A stretch of 38,700 bases of DNA from assembly GCA_031835245.2 (NCBI GenBank), contig JAVKOQ020000117.1, positions 124,001 through 162,700 of the forward strand. Direction: 5' to 3'. A program made the translations under genes and the position numbers. The DNA is from Balamuthia mandrillaris. Lineage: Eukaryota. This document shows, in pieces, positions 1 through 12,108 of this stretch. How positions within the stretch are numbered: the stretch's first letter is position 1; every line of letters starts with the position of its first letter. Under the pieces are notes generated by a model that was not told the DNA's origin, did not search any database, and worked only from the letters and a program-made list of their open reading frames with translations.

Positions 1-169
1 CAAGTTTGTTGCTTGCTCTCGGTTCCTCCTTCAAAGCCTTCTTTCTGCTCTGAATTTTATTCTTCAGGTTTCCTTCCTCTTCAACTTTCTTCCTTCTATC
101 TTCTTTCCTCTCTAACAGTATTAAAAAACCTTTAAAACAAAACAACAGAGCTTAAAACGAGTTTTAGGA

Positions 170-1310
170 ATGAACAACCGTTGTCTTTCTACACTCACGC
201 GATGGTGCTATAAGAGCGGCACTGTTGGAAACCTCTTATTAACGGCAGTAGTACCTTGTTGGATGTTTTGGCCCCTTCTGATCCCCTTGTTCTTCTCCAG
301 TTACGCCCTGTGGATTCCTGCTTTCCTACTTTCTGTTCAGCTGCTTAGAACCGGATATAAGATTGTGGATAGGAATTGGGGAGACAAGAGCAAGTTCACT
401 TCCAGAAAACCTGTTGTTAGGATCGAGTCTATGACGATGATACTTGGAGCTGTTGAGGAACATGGCATAGTTGTTCGCGTTAAAGGCACGAAACCTGCTG
501 GTAATCTTCTGCTTCTTCTTGTCCTTGTTGTTCTTCTTCTTCGCTTCTTCTTTTAAGCTAATACTATTTTATTTCTTTGAAGACTTGGAAATCAAAGAGA
601 TACGATTGTACTTTGGAGAGAAACAGTTTTGGAACACTCTGAAGAAGGCCATTGGACCCAGCCTCGTGAGGACCTTCCGTCTTATGCTCTATCCCCTCAA
701 CATCTCGTCCTATATGACTCCCAAATCCTTCCCCAAGAACACAACCCGTACGTTTCTCTCTCTGTCTTCCATTCCTCCTGTTTCTCTCTTCTCTTTTTTC
801 TCCTCTGACGGCATTTTAATATAGGTTTTGACTTGGAAGTAGCTTTTGGAACGGAAGGAAGGATTCACATCAGCAAAGCAACGCTTATCAAAAAGCTTAA
901 AGAGTTCAAAAACTTGGTATGCTTATTGTTTTACTTTCTTCTCTTTTGTTTTCTTTCTAATTCACAAAGCTACATGTGAATAAAAGGGCGATCCCAAGGT
1001 GGAGATGCGCTTAGAATATGGCGAGAGCAGTTTTGGATGGAACAGCGAGGGGGTGCTCTTCATCATCGAAACTAGCGCAAGCGACATTCTTCACAGAGCC
1101 AAAACTGGGGCCAGCTTTTATCCAGTGGGACAAGATGATGAAGAGAGAGAAGAAAACAATGCGAAAGAAGAGCAGAGAAAAGGAAAGCAAACAACAGCGA
1201 AAAAACTGACAAAGAAAACATCGGCAAGTGAGGTCAGACGGAGAAAGATGGAAGACGAGGATGCAGAACTTGCCAGAAGGCTGCAAGCTCAATTCGACGC
1301 AGAAACGTAA
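170..1310 (+). CDS. Multi-exon hypothetical protein; hydrophobic (likely transmembrane) N-terminus, charged C-terminus ending in an MIU-like ubiquitin-binding motif
   Basis: ATG at 170. ORFs 170-556, 471-824 and 999-1310 are linked by pyrimidine-rich introns (donors near 501, 748, 917). The protein ends EDEDAELARRLQAQFDAET*. Exon boundaries are approximate. Confidence 0.55.
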
Positions 1311-1369
1311 AAGAAAAGTGGCTCGCTTGGAATAAATAAATAAATAAATAAAGAAAATAAATAATACAG

Positions 1370-3184
1370 TTATCTACACCTCCACCCATCGTTGCGAAGC
1401 TGAAGCAAGTCCTGAAACATAAAACGAAGACGAGAGGCAAGCCTCTTATCTTTCGACAGAACATCCGCCTGGTGAAAGTAATGCTCCAAAGCGGCTTCGT
1501 TGCTGCCCTCCAATTGCTTACCAACTGTCCACATCAGCTTGCAAAACCCCTCCAACTTGGTCCATTGCAAGTTATCATCCTCTTTCAAGTTCCATGATGC
1601 GTCTCCCACTTTTCTCTTCTTCTTTTGTGCCTTCTTCTCTTTCGTTGGCTTCTTCAAATCTTCCATTTTATCTTCTTCTTCTCCATTGTCTCCGTTGTCT
1701 TCTTCTTCAATTTCTTCTTCGCTTTCTTCTTCTTCGTTTGGTTGATGTTGTTCGTCGCAAAAGTCTAAAGCAGGAATTTTGGAGAGGAGAGTATCAGCCA
1801 TGAAAATGATGATCTTTGGGGAGATAAGTCGCGCGTTGAACAACTCTCCTATGAACACTAGATTTCCATACATTCTCTTCTTTCTCTTCAATCGAGAGAG
1901 CTCCTTGTTTTCTTGCTCTTTCGCTTTCTTTTGGAGATGTGCTTCCACTTCGATGGGAAGATGAAATTGTTGACAATGTTGACGTTGGAAAAAGTCAAGG
2001 TTGGATTTTCGGGTGACGATAAAAGTGGCGCAGAGATCTATTAGAGAGGGCACTGGCTGTCGCAAGAATCCTTTTTCAAACTCTTTTTGGCATTTTTTCA
2101 GTAATATCCGCCGAAAGGACTATTGTTGTGTGTGTGTTTGTTTGTTGATTGTTAGAAAGAATTAAGGAGAAGAATAAGAAGAACAAGAACAAGAACAAGA
2201 ATGGAATAAAAGGTGAACAGAAAGGAGAAAATGAAAAGAAGAAAGAAGGAAAGAAGGAAAGAAAACAACATACTAAAGTAGAAGCGGTGCCACCAGGATA
2301 ATACTCTGGGCAGCGTCGTCCCAACTTGCCGCAAAGCTTTGCATAGAGAGGACAGTAAGCTGGCTCGATGAGAGCCTTGTCGAAGAGCAGGTTGACTGTT
2401 CCCTTCAACAAGAACAGACTGTCCACCATTTCGCAAAGGTCTTCGCTCAGTCTGTCGTATGTTACGTTCGTTAACTTGTTTAAAGCTCTGATGTAATTTT
2501 GGATGTATGTTAGTAAAAGGAGTGAACGAGACGAAAAGAGCAGAGAGCAGAGAGCAGAGAGCAGAGAGCAGAGAGCAGAGAGCAGAGAGCAGAGAGCAGA
2601 GAGCAGAGAGCAGAGAGCAGAGGCGAGAAAGCAAGAGGAGCAAAAAAGAGAGAGGGTTACCCTTGTATGGCTCGAAGTCGTTCCTCTTCGGTGTTTCTTT
2701 GAACGGGTGGGGCGCGTCCAGCGGCTTTGGCAACCACTTGCGGCCGCCAAACAGCCGCTTGTTTGCTACTGTTGTCGTTGAGGTGCTCACTCGTGTTCGT
2801 CATCTCTTTGCTCAATGAAGAAGAAGAATGCCCAGTTGCTGAAGAAGAACGAGAAGTTGAAGCAACCGAAGACGACGAAGGAAGCTTGAGGCAAGAAAGA
2901 GCTTTGGTATAAAGATCGTTCGGCGTGTCGGTGCAAACCTTTCATTGCAAAAGAGTCAACAACATTGAGAGAGAGAGAACGAGAGAAGAGAAAATAGTGA
3001 ACGAGAGAGAGAGAGAGAGAGAGAGAGAAGAGAAGAAAAGACAAGAAAGGAATGAAAGAAGAACAAAGAGTTCTAGTGAGACAAAAAAAACACATACCGA
3101 ACGAAATTGAAGCAAGAACTGACGAGCGTAAACTCGTGGCGTGGATTGCTGTTTGTTTTTGGCGTGTTGCGAATTCGAATTCAT
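1370..3184 (-). CDS. eIF4G-like protein: N-terminal eIF4E-binding motif plus MIF4G domain, no MA3/W2 domain
   Basis: In-phase exons 3184-3098, ~2939-2661, 2487-2274, 2119-1370. Exon 1 gives RVYARQFLLQFRS (YxxxxL-phi). MIF4G signatures: IQGALNKLT, LLFDKALIEPAYCPLYAKLC, SFRRILLKKCQKEFE, GNLVFIGELF, LEGFCKLMWTVGKQLE, SRLRFMFQDLLQLRNDGW. Confidence 0.88.
2538..2621. repeat. (AGAGAGC)n heptamer tandem repeat in an intron
   Basis: Tandem array visible inside intron 2660-2488 of the MIF4G gene. Confidence 0.9.
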
Positions 3185-3712
3185 CTGATGGTTGTTTGAA
3201 AAAATATGTTTTTTTTTTTTCCTTGCTGGTTTCCTCTTCCACTTCTTATACTACTTGAATCACAGAAAGAAAAAAGGAGAAAAAGCAAAGAAAAAAAAAA
3301 CACCAACAACACGGCCCAAAGTGAGAAAAAAAAGAAAACTTCTCCTTTCTTTCTTGTTTTTCTTTCTGCTTCCCGCTTTCTTCTCTCTTTTCGATAAGGA
3401 AAATTATGGAGCCTCCCGAATACTGGACTTTGTCTCCTCCTCCCTCACGCTGGTCCATAGGGAACGCGCAAGACAAACTTTTCTCGCGATCTCTTCTCAC
3501 AAACAAAGTAGGCACGTCGACATCAAATTCTTTCGTCGACACTGAAAATCCGGGACGACGTGATATGAAAAGGTGACGTGTATTCCTCAAAACAGGAAAA
3601 ATTTTCAAAAATGGTAAAAAACAGGTGTCTCTTCGACAAACAATAAAATAAAAAACAAAACAAAAACTAACAGCTCAAACAAATATTATCTGTCGTTGTG
3701 GACCACCTGGGA

Positions 3713-5523
3713 CATGGAAGAGGAGAAGACCGTTGCACCAGACTCAGGTCCAGGGAAGGAGGAGACGGAAGGGTCGAAGACCCCTTCGTCGCCGGAAACG
3801 TGCAGGAAACTTACGCCTGCTCAGTTACGACGGCTGGAGCTGGCAAAAAAGATCCTTCGAAGCGATACCCCTATGGAAAAGGAAATGCTGAAAAGCATGG
3901 TCACCCTCCGAAAGCCCCAAAACGTTCCCTCGATTCACGTGGAGGACACAACATCCTGCGCGGACGGTCAGGAGGAGGGTGAGTTCGGTAACCTCCACCA
4001 CGAGCACCCGATTGAAGACGCTTGGGCTGAGCCACCAAATGGAGAGGAAGGAGAGACTGTATCTCAGGAGTATTGCGGAGCTTATGGAGGTGAAGGTGAA
4101 GGTGAAGGTGAAGGAGACGAAGAAGTCCAAGGCGAATATCTCAAACACAACAATTATGAACACCAGGAAACGGTCAGTACCCATCCGCCAGAGGAGGACG
4201 CAGAAGGTCAGGAGGCAGAGCCAGAGGAGAATGAATACGCTCCACCCAATCTGCAAGAAGGAGCATACCGCTACGAAGCGGGGAAGCAAGACGAGGTCGG
4301 GGAACAAGGAGAAGATAACTTCAACTCGTCTTCTGCTTCTTCCGAGTCACACTCGGGTTCTGAATCGGATGAAGAAGCCAGGTTTGAACAGGCACAGGTT
4401 ACCTCCTTAGAGGAACCCGGCAAACAAGAACAGGAAGGCCAGGAGGGTGGAAAAGAGACGGACGGCTCTTTGAAGCAACTCAACGAAGACCTCAACCCAA
4501 ACCACTTCGACGATAGCAAGAGTGCTTCTTCTCCTTCTTCCACCTCTAAAAAGGGCGAAAAGTTACGTCTTCAGGTTGGAGAAGATGGAGCCGTTGTTGG
4601 TGACTCTAGCGCTTTGTCTCCTGGTCGCCGAAGAGGGAGAACTACTTCGCTTGCGGCTACCTCATCGCCTTCTTCTTCCTCCTCTAGGCATAAACGGGAT
4701 GACAGGAGGAAGGAAGACCGTTCCTCGGATAAGAAGAAAAGGAGCGAGGAGCGAGACAGAAGGCACGACGACAAAGACAGGAGGAGAAGCTATTCGACCT
4801 CCTCATCCGCATCTTCTTCCTCTTCATCCTCCTCGTCCTCTTCGTCACGCTCTCATCACCGTCACCACTCCTCCTCTTCCAAAGAGAGGAAAGATCGAAG
4901 GGACAAGGACAGGGAAAAGGAGAAAGGAGACAGGGACCGGGAGAAACGGCGCAGCCGGGCCATCCACTCCTCTCCTCGTCACCACTCTGCGGAAGAAGCA
5001 GAGAAGGACTCGCGTCGCTCCAACCATACCAGCAACAAGGACATCAATAGCGACAACAACCTCAAACGGATCCGCTCCTCCGACCGCAAAGAACGTGGGA
5101 AGAGCCTCAACATTCCTCCTCCTGCATCCACCTCCTCTTCTGCCTCGCCTCCTCCCGCCGCCTCCGAGGCCGCTCGCAGAAAGAGTGTTCTTGTTCCTCA
5201 ACCGCAACCACCGCAGCAACAGCTCCATCCGCTGCAACAGCTGCAACAGTTTCACCTGGAGGATAGCAGAGGAGGGGAGCGAAAGGAGAGAAGCGTGCTG
5301 CCGCAGAGCTCCTCCATGGCGCATTTGCTGAGGAACCCCAACGTGAAACACCTGCTGCCCTCCTCCTTCTCCTCCTCCAACCTGAGAACGGCGGACGGCG
5401 GCGCCGGCGACGCGCTGATCACTTGCCTTTCCATGGACGTCTCCGCTCTCAGGCAAGAGCATCAGCTGAGACCAGCACCACAGCCACCGCAACTACCACA
5501 ATCAGAAGAAGGCAGAAGCGAGT

Positions 5524-5557
<34 letters not shown>

Positions 5558-8500
5558 CAGAGAGAAGCTAAGAAGGAGGAGAAGAACAGAGGGGGAGAGA
5601 AAGAGAAAGAGAGAGTTGCTTCACTTGTATTTTTTTAATAATGAGAAGTTCATATAAAAGCAAGTCATATAACGAGAGTAATAAACAAAAAGCCCCCTAT
5701 AAAAGCCAACCATAACAACAACGTTTCCAAACGACCAAAAAGTCCGACGAGGAAGAAGAAAGAAGAAAAAAAATAAAAGCAACGCTTGGGGCCTCTAGAT
5801 GCAGAACTTTTAACTAATACAGATTCGACTTCGGATTCGACTTCCTCTGAGAAAACTCTTGCGTTTTATTTCAAAAAAAAAAAACAAACAAAAAAAAAAA
5901 CACACAAAACAGAATGAGGAACAGTGGCAAAAGCTTGTTCAAACGTACTTTTGGTTTCTCTCCTTCCTCATCTTCTTTTTTTTTTTAAAGAGATGTTTTT
6001 TTTTTTCGTTTTGTCTTTTTTGTCCATTTTTTTTTTGTTGCAAAACTATAGAGAAAAGGATCAAGATCAAGAGAGAACCACCTTTTTTTTTTTTGTTTGT
6101 TTTGTTTTGTTTTTTAAAAGGCTTTTTTTTGCTCTCTCCTTCTCCTTCTCGTTTTCGTTTTCGTTGTTTTTATTTTTTTATCTTTGTATATATTATTATT
6201 ATCATTATATCTTAAATTTTTGATGCGAAAGAAAGAAGAGAGGTTGAGATGAAAACAACAAAAAGCAAAAGTTTGGCTCTCCGCTTATCAGTTTCCGTGT
6301 TTTTGTTTTTTCTCTCATCAAAAACAAAAAAAATAACATAAAAAATCGCTGACCCTTTCTTTCTTGTCTCTTCTTCCTCCAGGCAAATCCGATCCCAAAT
6401 CCGATTTTAATCCGTCCGCAAATGATTCCAACAGCAGCAACGAAAGCGCTCCTTCGTCGTCTTTGAAACGGTCCTCCACGTTAGGAGACAAGGTGAAAAA
6501 AGAGAACTCCTCTTCCTCTTCCTCTTCCTCTTCCTCTTCCTCTTCCTCTTCCTCATCCACAACCTCCGCCGCCACCACCGCCCCGCAAATAACTCCTCTC
6601 CCTCTTCATGACCTCGTCTCCGGCCGTCTGAGCCCTCGCGGCAGCGGCAGCATGATACTACCTTCCAAATCCAAGTCTCACAAAGCCAAATCGACGTCCA
6701 ACAGCAAAACCTCATCTTCCTCCTCCTCCTCGTCCTCCTCTTCCTTGTTGTCTCCTGCCTCGGCGGCTGCCGCTTCGCCCACCTCGCCGACGAAGAAGGT
6801 GGGCAACCCGCGACGTTTCTCCTTGAGCATCGTTCCCGATCGAGGAGTAGGAGGAGGGGTAGGGGGCGGCGGCAGCGGCGGCGGTCTTCCGCTCGGCGGC
6901 GGCGGCTCCGCCTCCAACAACCGCAACCAGAGCCAGCTGTTGGTGCGAACGGCTGAGCTGGCTGTCATCGGCAACAGCCAGAGCAGCAACCAACTGGAGG
7001 GCGCGAAGAAGGGCCAGACGAAAAAGAAGAAGAGCTCGTCGAGCCGCAAGCTGCAAGCCCGTTCGAAGCGGAGCATCTCGGCGTTGGTCACGCCGCGTGC
7101 TCTCTCCTCCTCCAGGTCAGAGTCTTCTGGGCTAGATGGAGCGAGAGGAGTAAGCTGCGACAACATCGGTGAAACAGGAGGAGAAGAGGATGGAGGAGGA
7201 GGAGGAAGTGAGATAGGAGGAAGACGAGCGCTGCGTCTCTCTGCGACGACACCACCGAGAAAGTCTGGTCTCGCCACAAGCCGAAAGTCCAGCAGCACGA
7301 GGAGGCCATCTCCCTGCGGCTCTGGTGCCGGCTCTCCTCCCTCCGGCTCGTCTCCTGCGAAAAAGAAAGGAGGCAGCCTGCTGCTGCGGAGCCTGGAGGA
7401 GAACAGCGGCGGAGGAGCAGAGACGGACACCGGCGAAGGGCTCAGCAGCAGAGCCAGACAGAGACGACGGAGTCCCATCGTAACGTCGGAGAGCGAGAAG
7501 CAGGCCGCCATCATGAAGCAGCGATACAACGCGCTCTTCCATCAGCCCGTCTATACATCTGGCAAAAGTCTGAAGAAGAACTTTTCGGTGCAGTTCTACT
7601 CTCACTTGGGGCAGGGCGCCATGTCTCTGGGAGGAGTTGGCGGGATGGGAGGACTTGACTCGGATGTGGATGAGCAAACCAGCGAGGCAGAGTCGGAGGT
7701 CGAAGCCGGAGAGTTTGACGACGAAGGAGAAGGTAACCTCAAAAGCGGTGCTCGCACTTTTCGAGATGATTCCGTGGAGCATGAAGAAGAGGAAGAGGAA
7801 GAAGAGGATGAAGGTGATGAAGGTGATGGAGAGAGAGGAGGTAAGAAAGAAAAGAAAGGAGGCAGCAAGCGTCGAAGCGGAAAGATTGGGGAGGAAGAAG
7901 AAACCCCTCTCACTCCATCGGCACCTGCACCGCAAAACCCGCTCAAGTGGAAGTTTGGAGCGGAGGAAGGCAAAGGCGTTGTCTTTGGAGTGTCTCTGGA
8001 TGACATCATGAAGCTGCAGAAGAATAATAAGGCCCCTCCTGCCATTCTCGTGAGGCTGACGAAAGCCATTGTACGGTTGGGTGGATGCCAAATGGAAGGC
8101 ATTTTTCGGTATTGCTTCTTTGCTATTCTCTTCTTCTTGTTCTTGTTCTTGTTCTTGTTCTTGTTCTTGTTCTTGTTCTTGTTCTTGTTCTTGTTCTTGT
8201 TCTTGTTCTTGTTCTTGTTCTTGTTCTTGTTCTTCTTCTTGTTCTTGTTCTTCTTCTTCTTCTTGATCTTGTTCTTCTTCTTCTTCTTCTTCTTCTTCTT
8301 CTTCTTCTTCGCTTATTGTTCTTGTTCTTGTTCTTCTCTTCTCTGCTCTGCTCTCTGCGCCTGGCTTATTCCTTTCGGACCAAAGGGTATCAGGCACAGT
8401 TGGAAGCATGCAAAAGTTGAAAGAAAACATAAACCAAGGCAATCATCGCTTTCCAGCGGAGAGCACCAACCCCTATGACCTCGCATCCCTTGTCAAGGAG

Positions 8501-9301
8501 TGGCTTCGCAGTCTCACGGTGCCACTCATCCCCAAAAAATATTAGTACGTTCTCTCTCTTTCTCTTTCGTTCTTGTTCATTAACGTCTTTGCTCTCCGTC
8601 GCAGTCGCCGCTGCATCGAAAGCGTCTCCAGGCCCTCCACTTGTCTGAAAATCATTCAAGACCTACCGCGTTACAACAGGCAGACCCTCCGTTACCTGGT
8701 ACTATGGCTGCAACACCATCTGCTCAAACCGAACGTGCAAAGCATTACTCGCATGGACATCAGCAACATAGCGATGGTCTTTGCTCCCTGTATTTTAGAA
8801 GCTCCCAAGGAGACTACTGCCGAAAACATGTTGGCTAGCCTCCGCGAGCAGATCAAGTTCACGGTCAACATGCTGATGCTTGTTGGCATGGAAGACACAA
8901 ACGTATCGCTCCTCTCTCTCTCTCTCTCTCTCTCTCTCACATCAGAGAAACTTAACATGTTCGGTATATGCAGAAACTGCAAAAAAAGAGACTCAATCTA
9001 TCAGCAAGCGCGCGCAGCTTGACGAAGCAAGCCAGCCAAACCAAGCTGCTTCGCAGCAGCACCATAACGCTCATTCGCCTTAAAAAGTGGCAGCAGCAAC
9101 AGAGCAAACGAGGCGATAGCAGCGAACAAGACGAACCGGATGAACAGGAGGAACAAACTGACAGTGATGATGGAGCAGAGGAGGGAGATCATGAAACTAG
9201 CCCTGGCGAAGAACAGGACGAACAGCAACCGGAATCGCCAGACACGGAAGAGTCACGAGATCGTGAGGGTCAGTCCTTGCTATTCTTCGTTCTTTCATTT
9301 T

Positions 9302-9340
<39 letters not shown>

Positions 9341-9462
9341 ATACTTGTTTTTAACTTGATTGTTCTGCAGAAGGAAACCTGAGCAGCAGCGAAAACAACA
9401 AAGAAGAGAAGAAAGCGGACGACGTATCAGCAGTGAGCCCAGACGATGGTTGGGTGATTTGA
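3713..9462 (+). CDS. Large RhoGAP-domain protein with a long low-complexity N-terminal region
   Basis: RhoGAP motifs VFGVSLDDIM...EGIFR|VSG...DLASLVKEWLRSLTVPLIP...LPRYNRQTLRYL...RMDISNIAMVFAPCIL lie at ~7975-8800. ORF 3713-5521 joins in phase through a small exon 5913-5944 to the exon starting 6383. The last exon 9371-9462 ends DDGWVI*. The 3713-5521 part could instead be a separate gene. Confidence 0.8.
8128..8335. repeat. (TTCTTG)n/(TTC)n microsatellite in an intron splitting the RhoGAP arginine-finger region
   Basis: Visible array between the GIFR donor (~8109) and the acceptor near 8385. Confidence 0.9.
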
Positions 9463-9649
9463 ACCACGGCTCTCTTTCTTTCTCATGAACGGGGTTGATG
9501 TTGCTTTGAAGATAAGTTCTTGTTTTGTAGTGTTGTTGACATTGTAAAAGAGAGGAAAATGGAGGAGGGGACGAGAAGGAGCAACATCGGAAAGTTGCTC
9601 TTTTTGTTTCTCCCTCTGTGCCCACGTTTTTTCAACTCTCCGTCCCTCC

Positions 9650-9689
<40 letters not shown>

Positions 9690-9776
9690 CGAAGAATAGA
9701 AAGTGCACAACAGAAGAAAAAGAATACAACAAAAGACATTACCCAGTATTGTGAGCAAGAAAAAAAAACAAAGAAA

Positions 9777-12071
9777 CTATGAGGAAGAGCCACCACGAGT
9801 GGAAGGCGGCTTTAGGCGTTGCGGAACCGTCTTTAAACCAAGCGGGCGGACAACGTCCGCTTGAAGAGGGGGCAGCACAGCGCCTTCGCTCGCTTCTGTT
9901 TGTGCCAGTATAGATGTTGTTGGCAATGAAGCACGTTTTGTGTTATCTCTGGGCGATGCTGCGCCTCCTCCTGCTGGTGCTGAAGAAAGGGAAGCGGATG
10001 CGGTATCAACTGGTGGGGCTGTCGATAGTGGCAGCGATGTACGTTTCAGATTATCCCTTGGAGGTCTTGCTGGAGGAGCACCGCTCGGAGGACCGCCTGA
10101 TGCGCCTCCTCTTCCTGCTGGAATTCCGCTGCCTCTTCCTGGCGGACCGCCCGCACCACCAACGGCTCCTCCTCTTCCTGCTGGAAATCCACCTCTTCCG
10201 GGCGGACCACCTGCACCAGCTCCTCCTCGTGCAGAAGGGTCACCTCCGCGGACCATGCTTCCAGGTCCTCCAGGTCCTCCTCCCCTAGGAGGAAGGCCTC
10301 CTCTTCCTCCTCTTGCAGCAGGATCACCTCCTCGGACCATGCTTCCGGGTCCAGGCGCTCCAGGCCCTCCCCCTCTTCCTCGAAACATGCCCCCAGGTCC
10401 CGCTGGTCCTCCTCGTGCTGCATCGCCTCCTCTTCCGCGATCGGCTCCTCCTCTGTGAGGAGGCATGCCTCTGTTGAAAGGACTGCCACGGCCTCTAAAC
10501 ACTCCTTGTCCAGCTGGTGCGTCTCCTCCTTGTTGTTGTTGTGGTTGTGGTTGTTGTTGTGGTGCTTGCGCTTTGGCCGATTCTATTTGCTCTTCTTCAT
10601 GATCATTCTCGAGTTGTTCGTTGGCTGGCGATTGGTCTTCGGTTTGTTGGGCTGCTGCTACATCTTTTTCTTCCTTTTTGTCTTCTTCGTTGTCCAGTTC
10701 AACCATATGTTCTACTTCTTTTTCTTCTTCGGCGTGGTCATCCACTGGAGCCTCAATTTCTGTTGCTTCTTCTTTCTGGTCTGTTGCCTCCAAGTTTTGT
10801 TCTTCCACTGTCGGTACATTCTCAACTCTTTCGTCTTCATTCTGCTCTTTAATGTCGTTCTCAGCGATGTTCACTTCTTCCTCCTCCGTAGGGGCCTGAA
10901 GAGGTGGAGCAACCAATGGAGGTAGCTCCTCGTCCACTGACTCGGATGGGCTTTTTGTTTGTGCGCCGATAAATATGCCCCTTCCTCTACCTCGGCCTCT
11001 GCTCTCATCCAAGTTTGGATTGGTCCAGCCGCTGCCACTACCAGCGGCGGGAATTGAAGGAGGTGGAGAAGGAGAAGAAGCGGTTCCTCGACCTCTTCCT
11101 CTTCCTCTCCCTAGAGAAGGTGCTCCATCATCACTTAGTTCTGCTCCTCCTCTTCCTCTTCCTCTGCCTCCTGGTCCTCCAGCTTCTCCTCCAGGTACAG
11201 GTATCGGAGGAGGAGCTCCTCGGCCTCTGCCAGTGCTACCCGGTGTTGGCGCCACTATGGAAGCAGCAGCCTCCTTTGAGTCAATGGTGCCCCTTCCTCT
11301 GCCTCGTCCTCTTCCTGCTGCAGCTGCAGCAGTGCTGCTGTTTGTGTTAATGGTGGGACGTTTTCCTGGTCGTACGAAGAGACTGTCAGGGCCTTCTTGT
11401 AGTCGTCGGGCTTCTGCTAAAGACGTTTGGGCGTATTTTGTCCAGCCTTCATGCTCTAAATTGTGGCAAAGAGGAGAGCATAAGCACAAAGGCGAACGTG
11501 AGGAGGTACAAAAGAAAAATAAGGTTAAAAACCTTGCAAAATGGTGTTAAAGTAAGGGTCATTTTCAGCAGCTTTTAAGATGTTGATGGATAGCTCGGTC
11601 AATGCTCCCATGTAACCACGCCTATTTGCTGGCGATACTTTGCTAAAGTGGGAACGGGGTAAAATATGTAAGCTTATCTATTGAAAGAAGGGAAAGGGAA
11701 AGAATAACAGGAGAGAAACTTAGTACCAATCCCTTTGGTTGCCACTGTCAGCTTCAACAATCTTATTCAAAAGACTGTAATTTAGTAATATCTGCAATCC
11801 GTCGTGCACAACGTTAGTTACTTATTGATAATTGGGAGAGGAAGGGAGAGGGAAATATATTACATTTTTCTTCAGCTCTTGTTGATTTGCTGTCGGTGGA
11901 GCGGTTATTATGATAGTAAGTACTTTTTCAATAACATTGTGCGCAAAGTTATTCCAAGTAAATGAAAAGAACAGGTTCTGTAATGGAGAGCGTGAGAAAA
12001 AGAAGAAAATGACGTTAGAACAAATACAAAAGCAAGAAAAAAGCAAGGACATGATGATAGATGTAATGGAT

Positions 12072-12108
<37 letters not shown>

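Noticed and set aside
6678..8442. Minus-strand ORFs of 283 and 436 aa
   Set aside because: Antisense to the RhoGAP exon and its microsatellite intron; low complexity only.
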